From: Eledone cirrhosa
Taxonomy: Eukaryota
DNA length: 64,000 nt
Assembly: GCA_964016885.1 (NCBI GenBank)
Contig: OZ024748.1
Span: forward strand, 38,874,001 to 38,938,000
Direction of reading: 5' to 3'
In this document: positions 28,663-45,390 of the stretch, piece after piece
How the letters are laid out: each line of letters opens with the position of its first letter
Position numbering within the stretch: the stretch's first letter is position 1
Notes under the pieces: model-generated
What the model saw: only the letters and a program-made list of their open reading frames with translations
Database searches by the model: none
What the model was told of the DNA's origin: nothing
Made by a program: the position numbers and the translations under genes

Positions 28663-28847
28663 GGGCGGTGGATTGGCAGTATTGGTAGAGGGTCGGACGC
28701 CATGATTTGACGTATAGAGTTACGGGCCTTGCCTTTCTGAGTTCAAATCCCGCCAAGGTTAACTTTGCCTTTCATCCTTACGGGGTCGATAAAATAAAGT
28801 ACCAGTAATGCACTGTAATTGCTGGCCTTGTGCCTAACGTAGAAACA
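28663..28847 (+). mobile_element. Full-length SINE nested in the LINE 3' UTR
   Basis: GGGCGGTGGATTGGCAG...GTAGAAACA flanked by duplicated ATTATTATTTATTAATGTT. Confidence 0.92.
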
Positions 28848-29000
28848 ATTATTATTTATTAATGTTAAAGTTATATGATTTTTATGTAAAACCCTCGCCG
28901 TCACGTCTTGTAATGCCCCATTTTTGTACGCCCCTGTGACAAATAAAGAAAGATATCTTTAGTCACTCAGTCGCTCTTCCCTTTCTCTCTCTCTCACTCT

Positions 29001-29032
<32 letters not shown>

Positions 29033-29512
29033 ACACTCTCTCTCTATCTCTCTCTCTCTCTCTCCCTCTCTCTCTCTTTAATCCCCCATCCTCATCCTTA
29101 TCATTCTCTGAGCTTTGGTATTTAATTAATTTGAATGAATAAAATCAACTTGACTAAATTACAAAATAGAACAGATACCAAAATGTTAACATTAGTAGTA
29201 GTGGTAGTAGTGGTAGTACACATTTACATGCACACACACACACATACACAACAGTTGTATTAGCTGGGGGTTATCTGGTTCACAAGTCTTTAGTGTGTCA
29301 GTGTTTGGCGAAGTCTATTTTTCACAGCTGAACACAACCTTCCCCACCATCACCCCTCTCTCTCTCTCTCTCTCTTAGGCTCTTTTTTCTCTCTGGTATT
29401 TCTCTCTTCACCCACTCTCTCTTTCTCTCTGCCACTTTCTCTCACTCCTTCACTCTCCCCACTACCATTGTCGTAATTTACCAACACCCGACTGCTTACA
29501 CAATAGCAGATG

Positions 29513-29566
<54 letters not shown>

Positions 29567-29644
29567 TTTTGTGTTGTGTTGCTCACTTTATCTATATATT
29601 TACGTGGCTCATCACTAACTATCTATCTATCTGTCTAACACATG

Positions 29645-29716
<72 letters not shown>

Positions 29717-29723
29717 CTGTGTC

Positions 29724-29768
<45 letters not shown>

Positions 29769-29958
29769 CAGTGAAGTTACGTCAGTGACCTAATGACCTA
29801 GAGTTTCGTGTTCAAACGGATTTGTCAAGCGAACTTGTCAACCCGAATTTAGTTGACAGGTACATTTGATATTTAGTTGTAGCTTTATAGGTATTAAAAT
29901 AACAAATATTTACTGAACGGGTGGCTCCAGATATGTCATATTTATTATATGTTATAAG

Positions 29959-30545
29959 TTGGTAGAATCGGTAGAGTGTCGGACACCATACTTTGCGGTT
30001 ACTTACGACTTTGTTATAGTGTCAGACACCATATTTTGCGGTTAGTTACGACTTTGGTAGAGTGTCGGACACCATACTTTGCGGTTAGTTACGACTTTGG
30101 TAGAGTGTCGGAGACCATACTTTGCGGTTAGTTACGACTTTGGTAGAGTGTCGGACACCATACTTTGCGGTTAGTTACGACTTTGGTAGAGTGTCGGACA
30201 CCATACTTTGCGGTTAGTTACGACTTTGGTAGAGTGTCGGACACCATACTTTGCGGTTAGTTATGACTTTGGTAGAGAGTCGGACACCATATTTTGCGGT
30301 TAGTTACGACTTTGGTAGAGAGTCGGACACTATACTTTGCGGTTAGTTACGACTTTGGTAGAGAGTAGGACACCATACTTTGCGGTTAGTTACGACTTTT
30401 TACGTCCTGAGTTCAAATTTCGCCGAAGTCAAATGTTTCCTTTAATTCTAACGAGGTCGATAAAATAACTTACCAGTGGGGTCTATCTAATCGACTTCCC
30501 CCACCTCCAAAATGGTCGGTCTTGTGCCAAATGTTGAAACCATTC
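29959..30545 (+). mobile_element. SINE with an internal 43-bp unit amplified about 10 times (29970-30400)
   Basis: Unit GGTAGAGTGTCGGACACCATACTTTGCGGTTAGTTACGACTTT, followed by GAGTTCAAAT, the core and TTGTGCCAAATGTTGAAAC. Confidence 0.9.
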
Positions 30546-30675
30546 TTTATATTTAATATAGTTGAGAATCGTACCGAAATATGGCTTACAACCAGAATGG
30601 CTTATACCAAGAATGGCTAACAACCAGTGCCGGACAAATGAGGCTCTGTGCTAGTTAAGTTATGAGGCTCCTTAC

Positions 30676-30734
30676 TTGTGCCCTGAAGGAGGTAGGCCTG
30701 GTAGGCCTACACAGCGTCCTGTGTTTAAGCACAC
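30676..30734 (-). CDS. Candidate internal host exon (59 nt; one open frame reads VCLNTGRCVGLPGLPPSGH)
   Basis: Minus-strand acceptor TTTACCATTGTGTTCAG|G and donor AA|GTAAGG in non-repetitive, GC-richer sequence. No protein recognised. Confidence 0.35.
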
Positions 30735-31298
30735 CTGAACACAATGGTAAACCGGTACTGCTTAAAACTGAGCTTTTCAACTTCTTTTGTCGTGGAACCG
30801 TTATGGGATTTGCCCACAGTTTACCACAATACCCAACCTTATATTTCAATAAGATATAAAATAAAACAATAAATGTTTTAAAGGATTCCTTTATTCCTTG
30901 AAAATAAATTTTAATGGGTTTTATTAGAATATATTCTCCCTGGTAGAACCTACGTTAGAAAAACCCTTAGAACATTATACAGACATTTATTTCCCTTTCA
31001 TAGTTACACATGATGTCCTAGAGGGCTTATATTGTGGGAGTTTCTAAAGAATGAAGCAGTTCTAGTCCCATAAGAAACTCCCTCTATATATATATATATT
31101 TTTTAACCTGTTAGTTTTTTCGTTGCTCTGGTATTGTGTGTTAGGTTTTGTCTACCACAATGTTCAATTTGTCAAGCTATTTAAACGTATGTTATTACTC
31201 TAAGGACCTACCCTTATTGAGTGCTTTGCTAACTCATTCATATTGTAGGTCAACTTTGCTTGCCCACAACCAAAGCTTCGATTTTACTAAGCCTCCAC

Positions 31299-31412
<114 letters not shown>

Positions 31413-31437
31413 TTATGTGTTTGTATATATATATATG

Positions 31438-31529
<92 letters not shown>

Positions 31530-31939
31530 AACACACATATGCGTGTGTGTGTGCGTGTGTGTATGAACTTTTGTGTGAGATACAAATGGGAAAATAAGAA
31601 AAATTTCACAAAAAGCAGAGGAGTATTGAGTACAGAAAGAAAAGAAAGAAATGAGGAAGCGATCTAAGAAATTAACAAAAGAAGGATTTGAAGGAAAAAG
31701 AGGAGAGAGAGAGGGGAGTGAGAGGAGGAGGGGAGTGTGAGAGGGAGAGGGGGGAGAGAGAGGTGGAGATAAGGAATAAAGAATGTGATTGCTTTAGTAA
31801 CCGAGGTAAAGTGCAAATATATGGTCCATTGGGAATTCCTCTTTTATATCTTCACAACCACTGGAGTGGTGACGGGTGGGGCTGGAGGGTAGGGTTGTAG
31901 GGGTGGTGGAGATAGGGGTGTGCAGATAAAAAGGATTTC

Positions 31940-32436
31940 ATGATGATGATGGTGATGGTGTTAATGGTGTTGATGATGATGATGATAATGATGATAATGA
32001 TGATGATGACGATGGCGATGATGATGGTGATGATGGTGATGATGATGGTGATGGTGATGGTGGTGATGGTGATGGTGGTGATGATGGTGATGATGACGAT
32101 GATGATGGTGACGATGATGGTGATGATAATGATGGCGATGATGATGATGGTGGTGATGATGATGGTGATAGTGATGGTGATGATGGTGATGATGGTGATG
32201 GTGATGGTGATGGTGGCGATGATGATGGTGGTGGTGGTGATGATGGTGGTGGTGATGATGATGATGGTGATGATGATGGTGGTGGTGATGATGATGATGG
32301 TGATGATGATGATGGCGATGATGATGGTGGTGGTGGTGATGATGATGAAAAGTAACTTAATGGGTTAGCACCAATTGTCTTGCGGAGGTGGAGGGGGAAT
32401 TTATATAGGATAAAATCGGTAAATCTGTGTGTCTGT

Positions 32437-32497
<61 letters not shown>

Positions 32498-32800
32498 TAT
32501 GAGTGTGTGAATGTATCTGTGTGTGTCTGTGTGTCTATGTGTGTGTATGTTTGTGTGTGTGTGTGTGTGTCTGTGTGTGTGTCTGTGTATTTGCCTGTGT
32601 GTATGTGTGTGTGTCTGTGTGTCTTTGTGTGTCTATGTGTGTGTATGTATCTTTGTGTGTGTGTCTGTGTGTCTATGTGTGTGTATGTTTGTGTGTGTGT
32701 GTGTGTGTGTGTGTCTGTGTCTGTGTATGTGCCTGTGTGTGTGTGTGTGTCTGTGTGTGTCTTTGTGTGTCCATGTGAGTGTGTGTGTGTGTGTGTGTCT
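31940..32800. repeat. (ATG/GTG)n tract followed by a degenerate (TG)n tract
   Basis: Directly visible. Confidence 0.95.
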
Positions 32801-33272
32801 GGATAAAGAGTAGGGTGAGGGCGATTAAGAGATATCTAAAGAGTATCTAATATATAGCGAAATATTGATGACCCCTAACAAATAAGTACTAAAGGCACCA
32901 CCCGCACCATGGTTCTTCCTTGCTCACGTATCGAGAACTCTCTCCTTCCCCACCACCCCACCTAGAAAGGTGTAGTTTTGTTTGAACACCTCCGGCTGCT
33001 GAGCTGGCTGGATTGATGTCTTATAGAAAACATAGACAAATCTTAGAGGGTGATTTTTCTTCTTTTTTTATGTTAGTTTATTCAATTGTTGCTGTTGTTG
33101 TTGTTGGAGGTGGTGGTAGTGGTGGTGGTGGCGGTGTTGTTGTTGTTGTTGTTATTGTTCTGGGGTGTTGGGTAAATTTAGCGGGCATCAAACATATAGG
33201 GTAGGGTGACGAAGAGTGCTTCTATCCAAGTTGAAAACACCCTGTGTCATCTCTCCCCCCTCTCTCTCTGTC

Positions 33273-33303
<31 letters not shown>

Positions 33304-33304
33304 G

Positions 33305-33385
<81 letters not shown>

Positions 33386-33410
33386 GTATATATATATGTA
33401 TATATATATG

Positions 33411-33459
<49 letters not shown>

Positions 33460-33761
33460 GTATACATATATATATATATATATATATGTGTGTATATATA
33501 TATATGTGTGTGTGTATGTATATATATCCCATCTGTTAAGTTTAAGATAATCGCAGCTAACCGAGACGATAAGGTGTTGTCCTCTGAACCAAAGCTACGC
33601 AGGTTCGTGCTTTATGTGTGACACTACCCAGAATATAAGAGAAACGTAGTTCAAATGTTAATCTCACAATTTAACCTACTTTTGACATGTCGAAATAGAA
33701 AACTTCACAGCTGTGAACAACAGTGGCATTATCAGTTTTATTAATGGACTTTATAAACCAC

Positions 33762-34088
33762 AACGACAGGGGAACTCTGTAAACCTCAATGACAGGGGGA
33801 CCTCAATGACAAGGGGACTCTGTAAACCTCAACGACAGGGGGACCTCAATAACAAGGGGGCTCTGTAAACCTCAACGACAGGAGGACCTCAATGACAAGG
33901 GGACTCTGTAAACCTCAACGACAGGGGGACTCTGTAAACCTCAACGACAGGGGACCTCAATAACAAGGGGGCTCTGTAAACCTCAACGACAGGGGGACCT
34001 CAATGACAAGGGGACTCTGTAAACTTCAACGACAGGGGGACTCTGTAAACCTCAACGACAGGGGGACTCTATAAACCTCAACGACTCT
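33762..34088. repeat. Minisatellite of CTCTGTAAACCTCAACGACAGGGGGA-type units
   Basis: Interspersed long and short unit variants repeated more than 10 times. Confidence 0.9.
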
Positions 34089-34114
34089 GCTCCGTTTTAA
34101 ATATTAATTAAAAG

Positions 34115-34520
34115 GTTTTCTTCTACTTTTGACACAAGGCCAGCAATTTGAAGGGGAGAGGCGTAAGTTGATTAAATCAACCCCAGTGTATTACTGGTGC
34201 TTTGTTTCTGGACCCCTGTAAGGATGAAAGGCAAAGCAAACCCCGGCGGGATTTGAACTCAGAAAGTAAAGGGCCGTAACTCTATGCCGTGAAGCATGTT
34301 GTCTGATGCTCTACCGATTCTGCCAAATAATGATAATAATAATTGTTTCTACTTTTGGCACAAGGCCAGCAATTACCCAGTACATTACTGGTACTTTATT
34401 TTATCGACCCCGTAAGGATGAAAGGCAAAGTTAACCTCGGCGGGATTTGAACTTAGAACGTAAAGGGCCGTAACTCTTTGCTGAAAAGCATGGCGTCCGA
34501 CTCTCTACTAATACTGGCAA
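34115..34520 (-). mobile_element. Two adjacent SINE copies (~34115-34328, ~34340-34520)
   Basis: Reverse-complement SINE core and ends. Confidence 0.88.
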
Positions 34521-34745
34521 AATATAACAATAATAAAGTAGAGATGGAATCCCAACTATGATAGAAAGATTTATCTTCAAATTCTGACAAAAACAGACAA
34601 TAATTCTGAATATGAATTGTCTAAATGTCATACACTGTAATTATAAAGGAATGTCTTTCCCTCCCTTATCATACTGGAAGTGTGTGTGTGTGTTGGTGTG
34701 TTTGTGTGTTTATGTGTATGTGTGTATGTATGACTATAGGTTATA

Positions 34746-34824
<79 letters not shown>

Positions 34825-35642
34825 TAAAAACTTTATTACAGCACTGTTCGTCTTGTTTAATTTGAACACACACATACATACATACATACATACACGCACA
34901 CAAACACACACGCACACACACATTACTTTGCTAGAAGAAGAAGTGTGGTGCTGGTGGCCCTTTCAAGGCATCAGAGATCGGAGGGAGTGAGGAAGAAGAA
35001 AGGGAGTTATTCTCTGACCAAAAACCTTTAACACTATACACCCTCCTCCAACTAAAGTATTCCTATATTTATTGTAACACTGGATGTGATGTATTCCTAC
35101 CATCTCCCTCACTTCTCATACTCTCTTCCCCTCTTTTCCTTCCCCTCTAGACCCCTACAAAACTCCTTCTTCCTGTATCATGTCTTTTCTCTACCCAGTC
35201 CCTAACTTTTTGGTAAAAACTCCACTGCTAAATACGTCTTATAGGAACTTCGTGACAGTATTTCCAAATCTTCACAGGTAGCTGGTTTAACAGATTAACC
35301 CTTTTAAGGGGCCAATAAAGTTAAAGGTCAAAGTTTATTAATGATATATAGGGCCTTTCACTCCACTGTCAATGTTTAAGGTCCTTGTTGGGCTTTCACA
35401 CAAATTCATTACTAAATTCCGTGACATTGAATTAATACTTCTGACGTTCTCTTCTGATGTCGATATTACAGTTGTTACAAGACTTACTATAGTTGTTGTT
35501 ATTGTTACTGTCCTGGTAGTTGTTGTTCTTAGTGTTCTAGTTGTTGTATACACCCAAGGCAGCCCAGATAGTACACACAGACCTACAATCAACGGCGTTC
35601 CAGAAATGACCATCCCGTATTTTATATACACACACACCCACT

Positions 35643-35689
<47 letters not shown>

Positions 35690-35927
35690 ATTGAAAAGAG
35701 TTCGGACCCGACGGCTGAGCTCTTGCCGTTTCTTTATAATATAACCATACTCTACTACACCAAGTATCGAGTACGCTGGTGAGTAGTGATCGAACTAGTT
35801 TCAAGCTGAATATATATATATATTATTAATAGTAATGATACTCCAGATAAAATCTGTTGAGTGCTTCTAATCTGTTGTAAAATTAACTTTGTTGAATAAT
35901 CAACAAACCATATAACTCATTATATAT

Positions 35928-37028
35928 ATATATCCAAAGTTAAATTAAGGGTGTCATGTCCGAGAGACATGCGCCATATCCACTGTAGAATAAGCTCAAA
36001 GATTCCAATGAATAGATCCGAGCATTTTATATCAACTAGAAATTGATTGACATATATATATATAAAATAAACACATGAAACAATCACAGGGAATAATTTG
36101 TAAAGTGTGTAAGCAAACATAGCTAGGTAGGTAACTAATTAAAGTTTAACTAGAATTTCAAATATAGATACCTTTTAAAATGATAATCTTCCTTGTATAT
36201 ATTTCATTAAAGAAATATATTTCACCATTAATCGGTAAATCACCGTAGTCAAATCTGGATTTTCAACAAGGGAGAAGATTTAACTATCTGTGTTTACACA
36301 GCAAATGCAAATCTGCGAATAACTAGTAACACGTGCTGCATTTTTTTTAAATACACACATCGTACCACCGTCATCCCAGTGGCGTGAATAGGATTTCCGA
36401 CAGCTAGAAATAGCAGCCGAGTCCTTTGATCTGAGTTAGCTCTACAATTAAGAGGCCGTATATATATCCAAAATTAAATTAAGAGTGTCAATTTCTAGTT
36501 GATATAAAATGCTCGGATCTATTCATTGGAATCGTTGAGCATATTCTACAGTGGATATGGCGCATGCCCCTCGGACATGACACCCTTAATTTAATTTTGG
36601 ATATATATACGGCCTCCTAATTGTAGAGCTAACTCAGTTGAAAGGACTCGGCTGCTATTTCTAGCTGTCGATAGTCTTATTCATGCCACTGGGATGACGA
36701 TGGTACGATGTGTGTATTTTAAAAAAATGCAACACGTGCAACTAATAATTCGCAGATTTGCATTTGCTGTGTAAACACAGATAGTTAAATCTTCTCCCTT
36801 GTTGAAAATCCGATTTTTGACTACTAATTAATGGTGAATATATTTCTTTAATGAAATATATACAAGGAAGATTAATCATTTTAAAAGGTATCTATATTTG
36901 AAATTCTAGTTAAACTTTAATTAGTTACCTACCTAGCTATGTGTGCTTACACACTTTACAAATTATTCCCTGTGATTGTTTCATGTGTTTATTTTAGATA
37001 GATATATATGTCAATCAATTTCTAGTTG

Positions 37029-37032
<4 letters not shown>
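35928..37032. mobile_element. 1.1-kb inverted duplication of a circularly permuted ~530-bp monomer, in (TA)n
   Basis: The left arm restarts its own beginning at 36465 (TATCCAAA..AATTAAG.GTGTC). The right arm (36488-37032) is the reverse complement in a different phase and restarts at 37015. Confidence 0.85.
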
Positions 37033-37112
<80 letters not shown>

Positions 37113-37896
37113 TTATACCTACATTATCCAAATATGTTCCACCTTTCAAGACAACAGGATGTGAGTTGAAGGGAATGTGGCTGCTATTTCTAGCCAATGT
37201 ACAGACCCCGTCACTGTAAGGAACCGTGACAACAACAGATAGAATGATGTATCAATCAATGTTGAAATTAAGGTCCTCTTAGTAAACGTGTACCCGTATA
37301 TAGGGGTCACAACATAGACAGGGTGGAAGAAAACAGTGTAAGAGACATGATCCCTTTTGTTGTTAAGTGGGGTCTGGGGAAGGAAGGTGGGGGGCGACAA
37401 TCTGACATAAAAATCCCATTAGTTTCTGGTTTGTAGTTGTAGCGGGTTTTTATAGTAGAGATAGATAAGTGGTGGTGGTGGTGGTGGTGGTGGTTTAGTG
37501 GCGGTGGTATAGTGCTGGTATGGTAGTGGTGGTTGTGGTGGTATAGTGGTGGTGGTTGTGGTGGTGGTATAGTGGTGTTGGTAGTGGTATAGTGGTAGTG
37601 GTGGTTGTGGTGGTATAGTGGTGGTGGTGGTATTACTTCCACGTCTACAATAATAAAGGAAACAATCATCTTAAACTACTACTACTACCGCCACTACTAC
37701 TACCATCACTACTACTACCACCACCACCACTACTACTACTACCACTACTACTACCACTACAACATAAACTCCACTGTTGGTATGGAAAGTATTTTCAACT
37801 TTCACATTGTGTAAACATGGAGGAATAAACATTTGAACTGAAACAAAATTACTGTCTATATATATATATGTGTACATGTATATATATATATATACA

Positions 37897-38030
<134 letters not shown>

Positions 38031-38337
38031 TATATATATAGGTATATATATAGGTATATATATATGTATATATATATATATATATATAGGTATATATATA
38101 TATATATATAGGTATATTTATATATATATATACATATATATACCTATATATATATATATATATATACATATATGAGCCCACAGCAAGACACGAGGGAAAC
38201 CTAAGGGCAGCAGCAACAAACTCCCTCCTACACCAGTGGCCAACCTATACAGGCTGGAGATAAAATGTGTGGCAACAGGGGCGGTGCCCCAGCATGGCCT
38301 CAGCCGGATGGCTGAAACAGGTAAAAGAGTAAAAGAG

Positions 38338-38372
<35 letters not shown>

Positions 38373-38424
38373 TATATATATATATATATATATATATAGG
38401 TGTACATATATATATATAGGTATG

Positions 38425-38476
<52 letters not shown>

Positions 38477-38506
38477 TATATATATACCTATATATATATG
38501 TATAGT

Positions 38507-38537
<31 letters not shown>

Positions 38538-38568
38538 ATATATATATGTATAGTTATATATATATATA

Positions 38569-38614
<46 letters not shown>

Positions 38615-38618
<4 letters not shown>

Positions 38619-38930
38619 TAATGAAATGACAGGAGGCTGGATTTGTGTAATTCCTTGAAAGGTTTATTATACTATGATCATTTCAATGACCGGATTCATA
38701 CGGAACCCGGTCATTGAAATGATCATAGTATAATAAACCTTTCAAGGAATTACACAAATCCAGCCTCCTGTCATTTCATTATAATATTTAACTCCGTAAT
38801 AGCACCACCAACTACAAAAACAAAGACGGTTGAACTGCTTTACGTTGAGTACTCTCTATATTATTGCATTACGATTGACCATACGGAATAGACCAGCTCT
38901 ATACAGTGGTGAACCTCAAACCTGAATAAA
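38615..38930 (+). mobile_element. Fold-back cassette (38615-38785) with ACTCC...GAGTAC tail
   Basis: ATTATAATGAAATGACAGGAGGCTGG../..CCAGCCTCCTGTCATTTCATTATAAT; ACTCC at 38791, GAGTAC at 38847. Confidence 0.85.
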
Positions 38931-38974
38931 TATATATATATATATATAGGTGTACATATTTATATATAGGTATG

Positions 38975-39119
<145 letters not shown>

Positions 39120-39120
39120 G

Positions 39121-39155
<35 letters not shown>

Positions 39156-39168
39156 GTATATATATATG

Positions 39169-39241
<73 letters not shown>

Positions 39242-39374
39242 GTATATATATATGTATATATATATATATGTATATATGTATATATATATGTATATATATA
39301 TATATGTATATATGTATATATATATATGTATATATATATATATGTATATATATATATACATATATATATATATG

Positions 39375-39445
<71 letters not shown>

Positions 39446-39446
39446 G

Positions 39447-39569
<123 letters not shown>

Positions 39570-39570
39570 G

Positions 39571-39709
<139 letters not shown>

Positions 39710-40611
39710 TTATATATATACATATATATAATATAAGATCAAAAGATGGTTAAAGGAGTTCCATATATTTTATTATGCGCATTTCAAAAACAAACATCAT
39801 CAAGCAATAATATTTGTGTTTTCATCAGATAAAACAGGAGAACATGATATGAAGGCTAAAAAACACTTGTTGATAGTGCAGTTTTAAATCAACATATGAA
39901 AAGTGGTTTTAGATTGATGTGTGATATTGGGAAAAATATTTTATTTAGAGAGGGGGGGGAGGATGAAAAGGGAAGGCGATGAGAGGGAGAGATGGGTGAT
40001 AGAGAGAAAGAGATAGTTTTTATAACTGAGAGGAGATATATTTTTTACATAGAGGGGTTGAAAACCGTTGGAAGATACTGTATAAATTAAACATTTTGAA
40101 AATTAACGAAGGGAGGATATGTGTGTGCGAGGAAAAAATATTTTATTTAGGGAGGGGGGGGAGGATGAAAAAAAAGGGGGGAGGAGATGAGAGTGAAGGT
40201 GGAGAGGGAGAGATGGGTGATAGAGAGAAAGAGATAGTTTTTATAACTGAGAAAAAGATATATTGTTTTAATATAGAGAGGTTGGGAACCGTTGGAAGAT
40301 AATGTATGAATTAAAGGAATTTGAAAATTAACGAAGGGAAATTATGTATGAAGATAGAGAGAAAAAAATAATAATTGTGGGTGAATATTCTAACGTCAAA
40401 AGAAGAAATGTATGTATTGTGGCAATTTCAAAATTAGCGAAGAGAAAAGTTGTTATGGTTTGTGTGTAGAAGGATTTGAGAAAAATAATGTGAAGTTAAA
40501 GTTTGTATATTGAATTGATATGTATTAATAATGAGTTCGTTGATGGGGAGAAAAAATAATAATAAATTAAGGATGAAATTGAGATTAAAAAGATTTATGA
40601 TAGAGAGAAAA

Positions 40612-40913
40612 AATAATAATGATTGCGGATGAATATTCAAAATGTCAAAAACAAATGTTATTATTTTACGAGAAGATAGAATGAGGGTAATGAGTAAACG
40701 AGTATTATAGAGTGTATAATGCCCTTTAAAGTAAGGTAAGGTAGATGGGTATATTTTAAAGATATTAAAATATACCCATCTACCTTACCTTACTTTAAAG
40801 GGCATTATACACTCTATAATACTCGTTTACTCATTACCCTCATTCTATCTTCTCGTAAAATAATAACATTTGTTTTTGACATTTTGAATATTCATCCGCA
40901 ATCATTATTATTT
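40612..40913. repeat. Essentially perfect ~150-bp-arm palindrome ending a ~1.2-kb insert (39730-40913)
   Basis: AATAATAATGATTGCGGATGAATATTC...GGGTATATTTTAA AGATA TTAAAATATACCC...GAATATTCATCCGCAATCATTATTATT. Confidence 0.88.
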
Positions 40914-41108
40914 ATATATATAGTTTACATAATTTACCAAACAGTGAGTATGTTCTGTTATTAATTCTGGCAATATTACGCAAATATGACCCTCCCCAAA
41001 TATAACAATATCTGTTTCGACACACGATTTCATATAAAAAACCTCGCAAAACTAATTCATCGCCGTTATATATATACCTATATATATATATATATTTAGG
41101 TATATATA

Positions 41109-41185
<77 letters not shown>

Positions 41186-41214
41186 ATATATATATATATA
41201 TATATGCACATGTA

Positions 41215-41294
<80 letters not shown>

Positions 41295-41304
41295 CATATA
41301 TACA

Positions 41305-41342
<38 letters not shown>

Positions 41343-41346
41343 TGTA

Positions 41347-41406
<60 letters not shown>

Positions 41407-41483
41407 CATATATACATGTACATATATATATATATACCCATATATATATATAGGTATATATATATATATATATATATATTTAC

Positions 41484-41520
<37 letters not shown>

Positions 41521-41670
41521 CCTATATATATATATGTATAGTTATATATATATATACCTATATATATATGTATAGTTATATATATATATACCTATATATA
41601 TATGTATAGTTATATATATATATACCTATATATATATATATAGGTGTACATATATATATATATAGGTATG

Positions 41671-41762
<92 letters not shown>

Positions 41763-41764
41763 CA

Positions 41765-41795
<31 letters not shown>

Positions 41796-41853
41796 TAGGT
41801 ATATATATATATATATAGGTATATATATATATATATATATATATGCACATGTA

Positions 41854-41919
<66 letters not shown>

Positions 41920-41951
41920 CATATATATAGATATATATATGTACATGTATG

Positions 41952-42285
<334 letters not shown>

Positions 42286-42404
42286 ATACATGTACATATA
42301 TATATATACCTATATATATATATATATAGGTATATATATATATATATATATACCTATATATATATATAGGTATATATATATATATACCTATATATATATA
42401 TAGG

Positions 42405-42486
<82 letters not shown>

Positions 42487-42531
42487 GGTATATATATATA
42501 TATATATATATAGGTATATATATATATATAT

Positions 42532-42568
<37 letters not shown>

Positions 42569-42583
42569 TATATATATATATAT

Positions 42584-42634
<51 letters not shown>

Positions 42635-42734
42635 GGTATATATATATATATAGGTATATATATATATATACATATATATATATAGGTATATATATATATA
42701 TAGGTATATATATATATATATATACATATATGTA

Positions 42735-42915
<181 letters not shown>

Positions 42916-42960
42916 GTATATATACATGTACATATATATATATATATATATGTACATGTA

Positions 42961-42991
<31 letters not shown>

Positions 42992-43141
42992 ATATACATA
43001 TATACATGTACATATATATATATATATATATACCTATATATATATATAGGTGTACATATATATATATATATATACCTATATATATATATAGGTGTACATA
43101 TATATATTATATATATACCTATATATATATATAGGTATATA

Positions 43142-43181
<40 letters not shown>

Positions 43182-43251
43182 CCTATATATATATATATAT
43201 ATATATAGGTGTACATGTATATATATATATATATATATATGTACATGTATA

Positions 43252-43285
<34 letters not shown>

Positions 43286-43316
43286 CAATATATACATATA
43301 TATGTACATGTATATA

Positions 43317-43352
<36 letters not shown>

Positions 43353-43374
43353 GGTATATATATATATATATAGG

Positions 43375-43448
<74 letters not shown>

Positions 43449-43484
43449 CATATATACATGTACATATATATATATGTACATGTA

Positions 43485-43553
<69 letters not shown>

Positions 43554-43602
43554 ATATACATGTACATATATATATACCTATATATATATATATATATATA
43601 GG

Positions 43603-43637
<35 letters not shown>

Positions 43638-43690
43638 GTATAATATATATACATATATATATAGGTATATATATATATATATATATATAT

Positions 43691-43731
<41 letters not shown>

Positions 43732-43735
43732 TATA

Positions 43736-43794
<59 letters not shown>

Positions 43795-43799
43795 GTACA

Positions 43800-43810
43800 T
43801 GTATATATAC

Positions 43811-43907
<97 letters not shown>

Positions 43908-43916
43908 CATGTATAT

Positions 43917-43958
<42 letters not shown>

Positions 43959-43960
43959 AT

Positions 43961-43991
<31 letters not shown>

Positions 43992-44817
43992 AAATATTAA
44001 ACAAATAATGAATAAAACAATGAAACAGTTCCTTATATTAAACAAAAAAAGTTCATTATTTAACGATCGTTTCTAGGATATATATGTGTTAGAATTGGCA
44101 TGCATATTCAACAGATCTATGTACAAAATTATACAAAATTATACAAACTATCAAGATTAAATATACATACCAAACACACATATATGCCGTCTTCAGAAAT
44201 AATGAAATATATTTATTGATAATAACAACAATTCAAAATTTCAGGTCCGTTTGGGAACGGAGTTCAAAATTGACCAATGAAAATACAAAAAGTTTTATGC
44301 AGTTTGGTGTGTGTATATACATGTAACTAACCCCGTACACATATTTATACAAAGATATATGCTCAACATGCATACGCATGCCAAAAAGATGTATGCAAAT
44401 ACAAAAAATTTAAGGCTAATGTCTCTGTAAGTTTATAATCCACAGATAAAATGCGTATAGACACATAAATATGAAATAAGTGTATACACATATTCTCATA
44501 CTCACACATATCCATACACTCACACACACGCGCGCGTATATGCATAAACATACACATAATTACGAACATACATACACACACACACCCCCACACACATATA
44601 TATGTGGATATAATATTATCATAAGCACATGGATATTAATTCACTCACATAAACACTGCCACACACATTTAGATCAAGATACAGAAATTAGGTGGGAGGG
44701 GGGGAGAGGTCAGTATTCAACTGTTTGGGTAGACTGCTTATTTATAGATGTATCTATAAACTTCGAAATAAAAAGAAAAGAAAAGAGAAAGAAAAAAGAA
44801 AAAAGAAATATATCAAG

Positions 44818-44875
<58 letters not shown>

Positions 44876-45357
44876 TCTACACATACAACACACACACACA
44901 CACATATATAAACATATACATATATATATATACACACATATACACACATACATATATATATATACATATATACACACATATATACACATATATACACACA
45001 CACATATATAGACACGCATATATATACACATACACGCACATATACATACACATACATACTTATATACATACAGACATACACATACATACATATATATACA
45101 CACATATACATACAGACATACATACATACATACACACATACACACATACATACACACACATACATACTCATACATAGACATAGAAATATATTCACCCACA
45201 CATACGTACTTATATATACGCATATATACAAATACTTACGCATCCATATATCGGTATATACATACAAAACACCACTACACTCTCACACAACTCAGACATA
45301 CAAAGAAAAAGGTATATACATATACACATATACACTTACAAATAGAGATACATATAC

Positions 45358-45390
<33 letters not shown>

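Larger units (their letters stand above)
25982..28953 (+). mobile_element. 5'-truncated Tx1-like (L1 clade) LINE with 13-bp TSD
   Basis: TSD TATCTTTAGTCAC at 25969-25981 and 28954-28966; ends CCCCTGTGACAAATAAAGAAAGA. Confidence 0.95.

Noticed and set aside
29970-30400. CRISPR-like 43-bp repeat
   Set aside because: Head-to-tail tandem derived from a SINE head; no spacers.
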